Positions 18,990 to 29,415 of a stretch of 45,821 nt of DNA are shown piece after piece. The stretch is taken from the NCBI GenBank assembly GCA_036804625.1, contig DAIRSD010000001.1, positions 1-45,821 on the forward strand. The letters run 5' to 3'. The stretch's first letter is position 1, and each line of letters begins with the position of its first letter. The notes below the pieces were generated by a model, which saw only the letters and a program-made list of their open reading frames with translations, was not told where the DNA came from and ran no database searches. The stretch is from Aureliella sp. (lineage in GTDB: Bacteria; Planctomycetota; Planctomycetia; Pirellulales; Pirellulaceae). The translations under genes were made by a program, and so were the position numbers.

Positions 18990-19385
18990 ATGTCTTGGCT
19001 GGAATGGTACAATTCACTGGTCAAACCAAGTTGGACTCCGATGCAATCGACGATAGGCTTGGTATGGCAAATTTTATATCCGGTGATCATTCTCACTTTC
19101 GGCTTCGTAGTGTTGCAAGCGATGCGTCAGAAACTACCCTGGTTAATTGTTCTACCTTTTGTGATCAACCTAGCTGCGAATCTGCTTTTCACGCCCATCC
19201 AATTCGGCTTGCGCAATTTGCCACTGGCCTCTTTAGACATTTTGATCGTTTGGGGGACAATTCTTTGGATGATGGTTGCCGTTTGGCGTTACCATCCCTG
19301 GGTGTCGATAGCGCAAGTGCCGTACCTGACCTGGGTTTCGATTGCTACTGTTCTTCAATTGTCCATTACTATCAATAATCGTTAA
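18990..19385 (+). CDS. tspO: TspO/MBR family tryptophan-rich sensory protein
   Basis: 'WYNSLVKPSWTP', 'VWQILY', 'NLLFTPIQFGL', 'PYLTWVSIATVL'; GGAG before the ATG. Confidence 0.9.
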   Translation: MSWLEWYNSLVKPSWTPMQSTIGLVWQILYPVIILTFGFVVLQAMRQKLPWLIVLPFVINLAANLLFTPIQFGLRNLPLASLDILIVWGTILWMMVAVWRYHPWVSIAQVPYLTWVSIATVLQLSITINNR

Positions 19386-19501
19386 TGACAGAGCCAATTC
19401 CAACACGTTCGGTGCCCTCTCCCTGCCCTCACCCACGAAGCGGTGTAATCGCTTCTCAGATAGGTTCTAGGCTTGACGGTTGTCACATGAAGAAATATTG
19501 A

Positions 19502-20053
19502 ATGGCATCGATACATCCCGAATTATTACGTCGTCCTGACAGTAGCGAGTATTTCCATTACTATGACACCTACGTGCGCTTGGTGCCCGATGGTCGTTGC
19601 CTAGAATTGCTGCATGGGCAGGTCGATACGCTGAAGGCGGTTTTTTCATCAGTGTCCGAAAAGGAAGCGATGCTGGTGCACGCACCGTATCAATGGACCC
19701 TCAAGCAGGTCGTTGGTCATTTAATTGATACCGAGAGGGTATTCGCAGATAGGATGCATCGATTTGCGTCCGGGGAAACTCAACCGCAAACGGGCATGGA
19801 TCAAGATTTGTACGTCACCCATCACGATTATGATGCTCCTTTGCTACAATCTTTGGTTGACGAGTTGATTTTGTGTCGCCAAGCGAACATCATGCTGATC
19901 GGCAGGTTGCAACCGGTTGCCTGGGATCGCCAAGGTCAGGCGTCGGCACACAAGGTTTCCGTGCGTGCGCTGACCTGGATGATGGTTGGACATGTGATCC
20001 ATCACTTAAATATTGTACAAAAACGATTAGGCAGACCCATTAATTCACTCTGA
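19502..20053 (+). CDS. DinB family protein
   Basis: 'RPDSSEY..YYDTYV', 'WTLKQVVGHLIDTERVF', 'GHVIHHL'. Confidence 0.88.
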   Translation: MASIHPELLRRPDSSEYFHYYDTYVRLVPDGRCLELLHGQVDTLKAVFSSVSEKEAMLVHAPYQWTLKQVVGHLIDTERVFADRMHRFASGETQPQTGMDQDLYVTHHDYDAPLLQSLVDELILCRQANIMLIGRLQPVAWDRQGQASAHKVSVRALTWMMVGHVIHHLNIVQKRLGRPINSL

Positions 20054-20070
20054 TACGAGCATTCAAGACT

Positions 20071-21105
20071 ATGGCCGAGATTTCCTGTCCGTCGTGTGGT
20101 AAGAAGTACCAAATCGCTCAAGAGAATCTTGGCAAATCGGTACGATGTCAAGCATGTGATACCATCTTCACAGCGGTTGCAGAGGTTCCCAAGCCAAATG
20201 CCGATCTGTCTCCGATGGTCCCGACGGACTTAACCCAATCACCCATCGCTTCAACCACGGCTGACGCGCCCGCTCGGACCTATGTAGCGCCTCCTGGCAA
20301 ACGGGGGTCGGCAGATGAAATCGACTATGCAATTCACGGCGACGACACGCAGTATGTCGAAGTGGCTCTTGATCCGGGCGAAACGGTGATCGCTGAATCA
20401 GGATCGATGATGTACATGACCTCAGGTATCGAAATGCAAACCGTGTTTGGCGATCCTTCGCAAAGCGGCGGTGGATTCTGGGGCAAAGTTGTGTCAGCGG
20501 GCAAACGAGTGCTGACCGGCGAATCGCTATTTATGACTACGTTTACCAATACGCGCGGTCGAGGCAAAGAGATTGTCGCCTTTGCCGCACCGTACATGGG
20601 ACGTATTACCCCGATGCATCTAGATCAAATGGGTGGAGAACTGATTTGTCAAAAAGACTCCTTTCTGTGTGGAGCCAAGGGCATTCAGGTTTCGATCGCT
20701 TTCCAGAAGAAAATCGGCGCTGGACTGTTTGGCGGCGAAGGGTTTATCATGCAACGATTGAAAGGTGATGGTGTTGCTTTGGTTCATGCTGGAGGTGCGA
20801 TGATGCATCGTCAGCTTGGTGCCGGGGAAACGTTGCGGCTAGATACCGGTTGCCTGATGGCTATGGGACCTTCGGTTCAGTATGACATTCAACTGGTGGG
20901 CGGTATTAAGAACACACTGTTCGGAGGCGAAGGATTATTCGTTGCCACGGTAGTCGGCCCTGGTCCGATTTGGTTGCAGAGCTTGCCATTTTCGCGGCTC
21001 GCTGGTCGAATCTATGCTGCGGCTCCTCAAGGCGGTGGCTCACGCCGTGAAGAAGGCTCCGTGCTTGGCGGCCTAGGCTCGATGCTCATGGGCAGTAGCG
21101 AGTAG
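20071..21105 (+). CDS. TIGR00266/AIM24 family protein with N-terminal zinc ribbon
   Basis: CxxC..CxxC zinc ribbon; 'QYVEVALDPGETVIAESGSM', 'TGESLF', 'ICQKDSFLC', 'FGGEGFIMQ', 'GPGPIWLQSLP'. Confidence 0.92.
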   Translation: MAEISCPSCGKKYQIAQENLGKSVRCQACDTIFTAVAEVPKPNADLSPMVPTDLTQSPIASTTADAPARTYVAPPGKRGSADEIDYAIHGDDTQYVEVALDPGETVIAESGSMMYMTSGIEMQTVFGDPSQSGGGFWGKVVSAGKRVLTGESLFMTTFTNTRGRGKEIVAFAAPYMGRITPMHLDQMGGELICQKDSFLCGAKGIQVSIAFQKKIGAGLFGGEGFIMQRLKGDGVALVHAGGAMMHRQLGAGETLRLDTGCLMAMGPSVQYDIQLVGGIKNTLFGGEGLFVATVVGPGPIWLQSLPFSRLAGRIYAAAPQGGGSRREEGSVLGGLGSMLMGSSE

Positions 21106-21231
21106 CCAGAAAACTGCTGGACGCCGTGAAATGCAAGATCTTGGACCGATTCACGACGACGTTCGCTCATAGCTTTCAAACCACAGGTGCCGGTTTGCCC
21201 ATCGGTACGCTGAAAGTCGAAATACTAGTGA

Positions 21232-23718
21232 ATGAAAAGGCACCGGAAAAACAGCGATAAGCTATCCTATGTCTGGGAATTCTGGCGAATTCCACTGCTG
21301 GTGTTTGCAACTACTGCTTGGGCAGGCCAACCGCCGGAGCAATTCTTTGAAGCCAAGATTCGTCCGCTGCTGATCGAGCGGTGTATCTCGTGTCACTCCG
21401 ACAAGGACCCCGATGGGGGATTGTCACTTGAGTCGAAAGAGGGCTGGGCAGAGCGCGAGGTAATTAGCCCAGGTGAACCCAAGCAAAGCTTGCTGATTGC
21501 CGCAGTCCGCCATCAAGACAGTTCCCTGCGAATGCCTCCCGAGGACAGTGGTATCGAAAGACTCAGTGAAAATGAGATTCAACTACTGGAACACTGGATT
21601 CGCGAAGGTGCCGTTGACCCCAGATCTAGCCAAGCGACACACACTGGCCCAAAATTGCGTCCACGGCAGTTTAGGATCACTCAGCAGGATACAAGTCACT
21701 GGGCCTACCAGCCAATTCGTGATCCGTCACTGAAATACGTGGATAAAAGACCATCTGAAGTTGTCGACCAGTTGATCGATGACAAATTACAGCCGATGGG
21801 CGCGACTCGATCGCCACAAGCCTCGCCGCGAGAACTGGTTCGCCGAGCCTATTTTGACTTGTGGGGACTGCCGCCAGATAGCGAAGCCGTAATAACCTTT
21901 CAGAATGATCCAAGTGACGCCGCTTGGAGTTTGCTGATCGACAAGTTGTTGGCATCGCCCCTTTATGGTCAGCGTTGGGGCAGATATTGGCTTGACTGGG
22001 TTCGCTACGCTGAAACCAACGGCTACGAACGCGATGGAAACAAAGCGGGGGCTTGGCGATATCGAGACTACGTGATCGACAGTTTGAATCGTGACAAGCC
22101 TTACGATCGATTCTTGATCGAACAGTTGGCGGGCGACTTGTTGATCGCTGACGAGAATCTATCCATTGAACACACTCCGGAACGCTGGAAAGAAGCGATT
22201 ATCGCAACTGGCTACTATCGACTGCATGTCTGGGATGACGAGCCCGATGATACCGAGGCGGCGGAACTGGATGACTTGGACGATATCATGGTGACGACGG
22301 GTGCCGTCGTGATGGGCATGACCACCGGTTGTAATCGCTGCCACGATCATAAATTCGATCCGTTGAGTCAAGTCGATTACTATTCGATGCTCGACCTGTT
22401 TCGCGACATCGATCCCTATGGCTTGTCGAAAAAGGGAGGCGGTGGAAGAGGGACAGGTCGTATCTCCACGTTCTTGTGTTCGGAGCAGCAGTTGAGCGAC
22501 TGGCGAGCCGAGCAACACACAAGAATTGAAGCCATCGAGAACAAAATCGCTTCCGCCGACGAATCAGAAAAGATCGCACTGCATGAGCAGCTCAAGCAGC
22601 TCAGAGAACAGCAGCCACCTTTCGACCAAGCTCTGGCCGTTAATCCACCGGCGCATTCTCGCAAAGCCACATTTGTGCTGGCTCGTGGCGATTATCAATC
22701 ACCTCAGCAACAGGTCTCAGCCGCAATTCCACAACTGTTTGGCGTTTTGAGCCACGGACATTTGCAAAACGCTGGGGAAGGCGATCAAGTTAAGCCTCAG
22801 GCCGCAGATTCTAGCTCCCACATACCGATGCGCAATCGATTGGACTTCGCCCGTTGGCTAACTTCTCCACATCATCCATTGACCGCGCGAGTGCTGGCGA
22901 ACCGTATTTGGCTCAATCACTTTGGATCTGGCATCGTGCCAACTGCCGACGACTTTGGCTATACCGGAATCGCTCCTAAGAACGAAGAGCTGCTTGATCA
23001 CTTGGCCACACAACTCCAGCGCGGTGGTTGGTCGATCAAGAACCTGCATCGATTGATCATGCATTCGCAAGCCTATCGCATGTCCTCGCAGGCTCACCCT
23101 GAGGGTAATTCAGCGGCACGTGAACACGACCCTGAGAATAGCCTTTTTTGGAGGCAGAATCTGCGTCGACTGGATGCTGAAGCCATCCGCGACTCGATGC
23201 TAGTATACTCGGGCGAACTGACCGACAAGTCGTCGGGGCCAAGCGTTTATTCGAGCCTGTCAGCCGAGATACAGGAGACGGCTAATCCGGTGTCACTATC
23301 CAATTGGACTACCAGCCCCGACGACCAGCAGAATTGTCGTAGTGTTTACTTGGTCGTCAAACGTTCGCTGAAAGATCCATTGTTGGAGTCGTTTGATTTT
23401 GCCAACAGCCACTCACCAGTTGGCCAACGCCCGGTAACGACGGTGGCTCCGCAAGCACTGATGCTGCTGAATGATCGCTTTGTTCAGAAGTGTTCAGAGA
23501 CGATCGCTAAGCGGTTGATACAGCAAAGTGTAGATGAAAGCCCGAGAATCCAACAGCTTTGGAATTTGATCTACCAGAGGGAGCCAACGCAGGACGAACA
23601 AACTGTTTTGACTGAGTTCTTGCAGAAGCAAACTGAAGCACAGCGAAGCGAACTGTCGGCGTGGACCAGTGTTGTCCGTTCCATCCTGAATAGCAACGAG
23701 TGTCTCTATGTCGAGTAG
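21232..23718 (+). CDS. PSD1/PSCyt2/planctomycete cytochrome c domain protein
   Basis: 'FFEAKIRPLLIERCISCH', 'RRAYFDLWGLPP', 'WLDWVRYAETNG', 'CNRCHDHKFDP', 'HPLTARVLANRIW', 'APQALMLLN'. Confidence 0.92.
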   Translation: MKRHRKNSDKLSYVWEFWRIPLLVFATTAWAGQPPEQFFEAKIRPLLIERCISCHSDKDPDGGLSLESKEGWAEREVISPGEPKQSLLIAAVRHQDSSLRMPPEDSGIERLSENEIQLLEHWIREGAVDPRSSQATHTGPKLRPRQFRITQQDTSHWAYQPIRDPSLKYVDKRPSEVVDQLIDDKLQPMGATRSPQASPRELVRRAYFDLWGLPPDSEAVITFQNDPSDAAWSLLIDKLLASPLYGQRWGRYWLDWVRYAETNGYERDGNKAGAWRYRDYVIDSLNRDKPYDRFLIEQLAGDLLIADENLSIEHTPERWKEAIIATGYYRLHVWDDEPDDTEAAELDDLDDIMVTTGAVVMGMTTGCNRCHDHKFDPLSQVDYYSMLDLFRDIDPYGLSKKGGGGRGTGRISTFLCSEQQLSDWRAEQHTRIEAIENKIASADESEKIALHEQLKQLREQQPPFDQALAVNPPAHSRKATFVLARGDYQSPQQQVSAAIPQLFGVLSHGHLQNAGEGDQVKPQAADSSSHIPMRNRLDFARWLTSPHHPLTARVLANRIWLNHFGSGIVPTADDFGYTGIAPKNEELLDHLATQLQRGGWSIKNLHRLIMHSQAYRMSSQAHPEGNSAAREHDPENSLFWRQNLRRLDAEAIRDSMLVYSGELTDKSSGPSVYSSLSAEIQETANPVSLSNWTTSPDDQQNCRSVYLVVKRSLKDPLLESFDFANSHSPVGQRPVTTVAPQALMLLNDRFVQKCSETIAKRLIQQSVDESPRIQQLWNLIYQREPTQDEQTVLTEFLQKQTEAQRSELSAWTSVVRSILNSNECLYVE

Positions 23719-23719
23719 C

Positions 23720-23849
23720 CTCGTTAACCGCCCAGCCGCAGTTGCCGGCTAAGATGTAGCGGCGCGGAGCGAGAGACGTCAGGTTCTTAGGGGGGAGCGG
23801 GTAAGGATTACTCCAGAGAGCCAGCAACTGCGGCTGGGCGGTTAACGAG
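23720..23849. repeat. REP/REPIN- or MITE-like inverted repeat (31-bp arms)
   Basis: 23720-23750 CTCGTTAACCGCCCAGCCGCAGTTGCCGGCT and 23819-23849 AGCCAGCAACTGCGGCTGGGCGGTTAACGAG are complementary at 30 of 31 positions. Confidence 0.88.
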
Positions 23850-23886
23850 TCGAATATAGTAGATAACAATCGCATTGTGAAACAAA

Positions 23887-25383
23887 ATGAACCCGTTTGA
23901 CCACATACCACCTTTTCGATCACGACGTCACTTTGTGCTGGATCTAGGTGCGGGTTTTGGTTCGCTGGCCCTGTCAGCTCTGATGACTCAGCAAATCTCG
24001 GCAGATGATCGACAAAGCGATTCAGCTAGCTACACTTCGCCACTGGCACCCAAAAATCAGACGCTACCCTCGAAGGTAAAATCTTGCATCTTTCTGTTCA
24101 TGTTTGGTGGGCCCTCACAAGTCGACCTGTTCGATTACAAGCCTGAACTGCAACGTAGCGACGGCAAGACAATCGACAACGAATTTCGGCGAGGCACTAA
24201 AACGCAAGCAGTCCTTCAGGCCAGCAAACGCACTTTCGCGCAGCATGGTCAGTCCGGTTTATGGTGCTCGGATGCTCTGCCTAATTTGGCCAAACATGTC
24301 GACAAGTTGGCTCTGGTAAAATCGCTTCAAAGCGACTCGTTTGCCCATGGAAGTGCGCTGCTACAAAGCAATAGTGGTAGGATTCTGCAAGGTAGCCCTT
24401 CGATTGGTTCATGGGTTACCTATGGTCTGGGTACGATCAATCAGAATATGCCCGGCTATGTGGTGATGTTAGATCCGCGCGGCGGTCCCACGAGTGGTTC
24501 GCTGAATTGGTCCAGCGGTTATATGCCAGCCGCCTATCAGGGCACCGTCTTCCGAACCGCAGATCCCGCCATCCTAAATTTGCGATCCGCTGACGGAATC
24601 TCGCGCCAGCAGCAGCGTGAGGAGATTGACCTGATCAATCAGCTTAATACTCAGCACCTTCAGTCGCATCCTGGGTATAGCCAGTTGGAGGCTCGCATTG
24701 CCAGCTACGAACTTGCTTACAATTTGCAGTCGGAAGCCCCAGAGGCGCTGGACCTATCGCAGGAGACCGCCCAGACGATCCAGATGTACGGTTTGAATCA
24801 ACCCAAACCTGATTGGCATTCACTGGCTCTGGGGCCAAGTACGTTTGGTAAGCAGTGTTTGATCGCCAGGCGGATGGTGGAACGCGGCGTACGATTCATT
24901 CAAATCTACTCGGGTGGCGGCAATGCTGGCGGGCAGAACAGTTGGGATGGCCATCACGGAATTGAAGAAAATCTTAAATTGCACTGCCCCGAAGTGGATC
25001 AGCCTATCGCAGCTTTGCTTACCGATCTTGAGCGACGCGGTTTACTAGAATCCACTTTGGTGATATGGGGCGGCGAATTCGGTAGAATGCCTGTATCGGA
25101 GACGTACAACACGGGCGGCAAACCCGGCGGGCGCGATCACAATCCCAAGGGATTTACCTATTGGTTAGCCGGAGGAGGTGTCAAAGCGGGTGCCTCGGTG
25201 GGTGAAACCGACGAGATTGGCGAAACCGCAGTGGTCGATCCCTTTCATTTACGAGATTTGCACGCCACCATTCTGCATCTGATGGGCTTGGATCACAACC
25301 AGTTAACCTACTTCCACGGCGGCCTCGATAACAAACTGACCGGTGTCATTGACGCTCATCCGATCCATCAGATCATCGCCTAG
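23887..25383 (+). CDS. DUF1501 domain protein (Tat-exported)
   Basis: 'SRRHFV', 'IFLFMFGGPSQVDLFDYKP', 'CLIARRMVERGVRFIQ', 'WDGH', 'GEFGRMP', 'GRDHNP'. Confidence 0.93.
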   Translation: MNPFDHIPPFRSRRHFVLDLGAGFGSLALSALMTQQISADDRQSDSASYTSPLAPKNQTLPSKVKSCIFLFMFGGPSQVDLFDYKPELQRSDGKTIDNEFRRGTKTQAVLQASKRTFAQHGQSGLWCSDALPNLAKHVDKLALVKSLQSDSFAHGSALLQSNSGRILQGSPSIGSWVTYGLGTINQNMPGYVVMLDPRGGPTSGSLNWSSGYMPAAYQGTVFRTADPAILNLRSADGISRQQQREEIDLINQLNTQHLQSHPGYSQLEARIASYELAYNLQSEAPEALDLSQETAQTIQMYGLNQPKPDWHSLALGPSTFGKQCLIARRMVERGVRFIQIYSGGGNAGGQNSWDGHHGIEENLKLHCPEVDQPIAALLTDLERRGLLESTLVIWGGEFGRMPVSETYNTGGKPGGRDHNPKGFTYWLAGGGVKAGASVGETDEIGETAVVDPFHLRDLHATILHLMGLDHNQLTYFHGGLDNKLTGVIDAHPIHQIIA

Positions 25384-25402
25384 AAATTTGTACCCACTTC
25401 AG

Positions 25403-25491
25403 CCTTGTTCACCGCCCAGCCAAAGGCGCCAGCTTAGACTGAATTCAAGCTGCAAGCACAGCCGGTACCTTTGGCTGGGCGGTAAACAAGG
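25403..25491. repeat. Second REP-like inverted repeat of the same family; may also act as a terminator between convergent genes
   Basis: Arms 25403-25434 and 25460-25491 are complementary at 28 of 32 positions and share the core GTTNACCGCCCAGCC with the 23720 element. Confidence 0.82.
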
Positions 25492-25513
25492 AAGTTAGCA
25501 TCCAACCGACCGC

Positions 25514-26212
25514 TTACCACAAAAACCAATGCCCGGTCCATAAGACGTAAATGGCCAAAATGAAATTACTGGTAGCATGAGCCACTACGCACTGCCATAG
25601 ATCTCGCTTCCAATAAAGGAGAGAGTTGATTAGCAAGCAGTAGCTGGCCGCTGCAAACCACTCGGGGTGCGCTAGTGTGAACAGAGCGGTGACGATCAAG
25701 CAACTGGACCAGGTAAATGTTCCTAACCGAATCTCCTGCCAGTCAGGATCGATCGTCCAACGCAGCAAAAAGCAGCGCCAGAAAAACTCTTCGATCAGCG
25801 GAACAACCACGGCGATTCCCAGCAACCGAACCGCCAAGAAAGCCACTTTGGCAGACAGACTATCCAGTTCATCAAGCGGATTGAAGCTAACTCGCTCGCC
25901 CACTTGCAACCAGGTTGGCAGATCTGCTGTCAGACGTCGCTCCAGATGCAAGTGGCTGAGTACAATCCATAGAGCGATGCCAACTACGCCAACCAACAAT
26001 CCCCATGCAACTCGACCGTGAATCGGCATGACCAAGCGGCGAGTCTGGGCCGGCATCAACCACCACAGTGATAGTGCGGATAAGCCTGCTACAGCGGCAT
26101 ATCCAAAGGGATACTGCTGAGTGGTCAGGCGACCCAAAAAAGAACCACCTACGACATAAATCACAAAGGGAATGGTGCAAGCTTGAGTAAAGCTGCCAGA
26201 CTTACTGGTCAT
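25514..26212 (-). CDS. CAAX prenyl protease-related (CPBP/Abi) intramembrane glutamic endopeptidase
   Basis: 'VVPLIEEFFWR.FL', 'FTLAH', 'AHATSN', several TM helices. Confidence 0.9.
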   Translation of the reverse strand: MTSKSGSFTQACTIPFVIYVVGGSFLGRLTTQQYPFGYAAVAGLSALSLWWLMPAQTRRLVMPIHGRVAWGLLVGVVGIALWIVLSHLHLERRLTADLPTWLQVGERVSFNPLDELDSLSAKVAFLAVRLLGIAVVVPLIEEFFWRCFLLRWTIDPDWQEIRLGTFTWSSCLIVTALFTLAHPEWFAAASYCLLINSLLYWKRDLWQCVVAHATSNFILAIYVLWTGHWFLW

Positions 26213-26280
26213 GGAATATTTCAACCGATGGATACGAGTCGCGACTAGGGAGTCTGTTTTGGCACGAACGGTACAAATGT

Positions 26281-27942
26281 CTATGGAGACGAAGACTCCT
26301 GAGGTGCCGGAAGGCTAGTGGGAGCTTCCTGGTCACACAGTCTAGCGATGACAACGCCCAGCAGGATGGCCAAGATAAACATGATGACTAGCCCTGTGAT
26401 CCAAATGATTCGCTTGCCACCCTGCGATGGTAAAGGTAAAGCTGTAGTCGTAGGTCGAGCGTGACCGTTTGTGACATGTTTGGCCGTCGAGCGCCCGGTA
26501 GTAGTTGGACGAGCTGCAGGCTGCCGAGTTGACGAAGAACCGTGCAGCGAACTGTTGCCCGCTTTGCCACCAGGACGTCTGGATTCTGCCTGCAAGTCGA
26601 TTTGACTGCCACTGGACGAAGTGCTAGCCAATTTCACAAGGACTCCACTATCGCCCGCTGAAAGGTGAGTGATATTGCTTCCCGATGGGTCGGATAAGGT
26701 ATCGCTGCCACGATTATTGAGCGTGTCAGACAAAGCACTGCCCATGCCACTGGAACGCACGCCAAATTCGCTACCAAAGGAACTGGAGTCTCCAGAGCGC
26801 GACCCTGGATCGCTCAACTTGGAATTTAATTGACTAAGTGCGGAATTGCCGCCACCAGCTTCCTGCAATTGGCGAGCCTGAGTGCCCGCACTCGACTGAA
26901 CGGCTCGATAGTTGGCTAACCAAGCTTCGAGAACCTCCGCGGTTTGCTGAGCTGTCGTATAACGATAGATAGGGTCTTTCTGAAGTAGCTTCCAGCAGAT
27001 GCCTTCTAATTCTCCAGGACAATCCTGTCTTAGCTTGCGGACTTCCTGAGGCATTTCCTTTTGGTGTTTCGCGATGCGCTGGGCAATAGAACCCGACGGA
27101 AATGGTGGGCTGCCCGTTAGAAGATAGTACATCGTACAACCCAGGGAATACAGGTCGGCACGGTGGTCGACACGATGGCTGTTGAGCGCTTGCTCTGGCG
27201 ACAGATAGTCGGCGGTACCAAGTACTTTGTCATTGTGCTCAATGGTTAGCGAGGATTGCGATTCATCCGCAAACATGGCCAGACCCAAGTCCAACAGTTT
27301 GACCTTGCCATCTTTGCGCAACAGCAAATTGGCCGGTTTGACATCGCGGTGGATCAGCCCCATCTCGTGAGCATGTTGCAATCCATGGGCTGCCTGAGCA
27401 ATGTAGTCGGCCACTTGATCATAGGGCAATGGCCCACGTTTCTTAACGATATTTTGTAGGTCGCTGCCTTGAACGTACTCCATCACGATGTAGTGGGTAT
27501 CGCCATCATTATCGATGTCAAACGCTCGCACAATGTTGGGATGGTTCAGCGATGCGATGGCTTTGGCCTCTTGCTGGAATCTGGCCAGATAAGAGGACTT
27601 GCCGATCTTGCTAGGCGGCAACACCTTGATAGCACGTAGATCGTTCATGCGAGTATGTTCCGCCAGATAGACACTGCTCATACCGCCACTGCCGATGTGA
27701 CCAAGCAATTTGTACTTGCCCAGGAAGAACCCTTTGTACTTGCCTTGCAAAAGCTTTTCAGTGTGCCAGCGCGTAATCAACTTGTGTCGCTGCAGAGCTT
27801 TGGCCAGAGCAACCACATCGTTAGGAAGTTGGCCATCGTTCTCTGTGCGCACGACGTCTAGCACCGATTGGATTTTCTCCTGATCGGCCAACTGGCTCTT
27901 CTCTACCAGTTCGACAAATTTCTCTGCGGTTACAACTGGCAT
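26281..27942 (-). CDS. Membrane-anchored Hanks-type Ser/Thr protein kinase
   Basis: 'IGSGGMSSVY', 'AIKVL', 'HPNIV', 'HRDVKPAN', 'DLG', 'GTADYLSPEQ', 'DLYSLG'; Ser/Gly-rich linker and C-terminal TM helix. Confidence 0.95.
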   Translation of the reverse strand: MPVVTAEKFVELVEKSQLADQEKIQSVLDVVRTENDGQLPNDVVALAKALQRHKLITRWHTEKLLQGKYKGFFLGKYKLLGHIGSGGMSSVYLAEHTRMNDLRAIKVLPPSKIGKSSYLARFQQEAKAIASLNHPNIVRAFDIDNDGDTHYIVMEYVQGSDLQNIVKKRGPLPYDQVADYIAQAAHGLQHAHEMGLIHRDVKPANLLLRKDGKVKLLDLGLAMFADESQSSLTIEHNDKVLGTADYLSPEQALNSHRVDHRADLYSLGCTMYYLLTGSPPFPSGSIAQRIAKHQKEMPQEVRKLRQDCPGELEGICWKLLQKDPIYRYTTAQQTAEVLEAWLANYRAVQSSAGTQARQLQEAGGGNSALSQLNSKLSDPGSRSGDSSSFGSEFGVRSSGMGSALSDTLNNRGSDTLSDPSGSNITHLSAGDSGVLVKLASTSSSGSQIDLQAESRRPGGKAGNSSLHGSSSTRQPAARPTTTGRSTAKHVTNGHARPTTTALPLPSQGGKRIIWITGLVIMFILAILLGVVIARLCDQEAPTSLPAPQESSSP

Positions 27943-28284
27943 ACGCTTGACGGGTTGCTGGCCCGCGCTTGAGCTAACTATCGGTCAGAGGAAGACGCGA
28001 ATACTAAGACTGATGAACTGACAGTGTACTCCATCATTGTATCATTGAAGACCGTTCCTACCTACTATTTTATTGTAATTCGGGGTGAAGCCTGACAAGT
28101 ATCCGTCGGGGGATATGCGAAATCTCCGAATGGTATGAAAATGCAGGCCGGGTGGGGTGACAGAGATTCAGATTCAACGATCCGACGAAGCATGTTCAGC
28201 GGGCTGGCTTCTGCTGGACCCTACCCACCCTTTTCAATCAATTCTCAGGACAATTTCTAATAATCCGTGTACTGTTCCATCGCT

Positions 28285-29415
28285 ATGAAGTCTTTCAATA
28301 ACGACCGTACGCTGATCATTGGCGGAGGCGTGATCGGGCTTTCGCTAGCCTGGGAATTGGCTCGCCGCAAGCATCAAGTTGAACTGATCGAGTCCGATCC
28401 GGTGATCCACCCATTAGCTTCCTGGGCTGGAGCCGGTATCTTGCCGCCGGCGGCAACTAGCGCAGTGGTCGATCCTTACGAACAGCTTAAGCAGCTTAGT
28501 TATCAACTGCACCCTCAATGGGCGGCCCAATTGCAAGCGGACACTGGCATCGACACCGGTTTTCGGCAGTGTGGCGGAATCTATCTAGCCAGCAGTTTGG
28601 CCGAGCAGGCTACGCTACTGGCCAATGAATACTGGTGGCAACAGCACGAAATCGCCTTTCAGCGACTGAGTACAAGTGAGCTGTCTGAGCGGGAGCCCGG
28701 CTTAGCTGGATCGGGAACCCAAAAAGTTCGACAAGCTTGGTTTCTGCCTGGCGAGTATCAGGTCCGCAATCCACGGCATCTCAAAGCGCTGCGTTCAGCC
28801 TGTCAACAGTTGGGAGTGATTTTTCGGACTGCGACAGTTCGGCAGATCGATGTGGATGCGTCCCAGCGAGCGACAGTTTGTATCGATCAAGGGGATCACC
28901 TGAACTCCGATCGAATTTGCATCTGTGCAGGGGCTTGGTCGCGCATGCTGCTGGAACAGTTGCAACTTGCCAACGGTATCATGCCTGTTCGAGGACAGAT
29001 GTTGTTGTACCGTTCAAAGACACCTCTGGTTCGACATATCATCAATGACGGAAATCGTTATTTGGTGCCCCGCGATGACGGTCACCTGCTGGCCGGTAGC
29101 GGCGAAGAAGAGGTGGGATATTGCTGCGAAACGACGCAGGTCGCTCTGCAAGTCATCCAGCAATGGGCGAACTCGGTCTTGCCTCAATTGCAGGATTTGC
29201 CGGTGATTAACCGTTGGGCCGGTTTGCGACCTGGTTCGTTTGACAGCTTGCCCTACTTGGGTTCGATTCCCGGAACAAAGAATATATTTGTGGCGGCCGG
29301 ACATTTTCGCAGTGGATTGTATTTGTCCTGCGGAACGGCTGTGGTCATGGCCAATCTGATGCTTGGACAACCCAACTCCATCGACCTTTGGCCCTTCCGA
29401 CCTGGTCGCGGCTGA
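28285..29415 (+). CDS. FAD-dependent oxidoreductase, glycine oxidase ThiO-like (DAO family)
   Basis: 'IIGGGVIGLS', 'ASWAGAGIL', 'CAGAWS', 'PVRGQM', 'YLVPRDDG', 'WAGLRP', 'GHFRSGL'. Confidence 0.88.
   Translation: MKSFNNDRTLIIGGGVIGLSLAWELARRKHQVELIESDPVIHPLASWAGAGILPPAATSAVVDPYEQLKQLSYQLHPQWAAQLQADTGIDTGFRQCGGIYLASSLAEQATLLANEYWWQQHEIAFQRLSTSELSEREPGLAGSGTQKVRQAWFLPGEYQVRNPRHLKALRSACQQLGVIFRTATVRQIDVDASQRATVCIDQGDHLNSDRICICAGAWSRMLLEQLQLANGIMPVRGQMLLYRSKTPLVRHIINDGNRYLVPRDDGHLLAGSGEEEVGYCCETTQVALQVIQQWANSVLPQLQDLPVINRWAGLRPGSFDSLPYLGSIPGTKNIFVAAGHFRSGLYLSCGTAVVMANLMLGQPNSIDLWPFRPGRG

Noticed and set aside
19414..19433. CCCTCTCCCTGCCCTCACCC, resembling half of a common intergenic palindromic repeat
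   Set aside because: Single partial copy with no complementary arm in the window.
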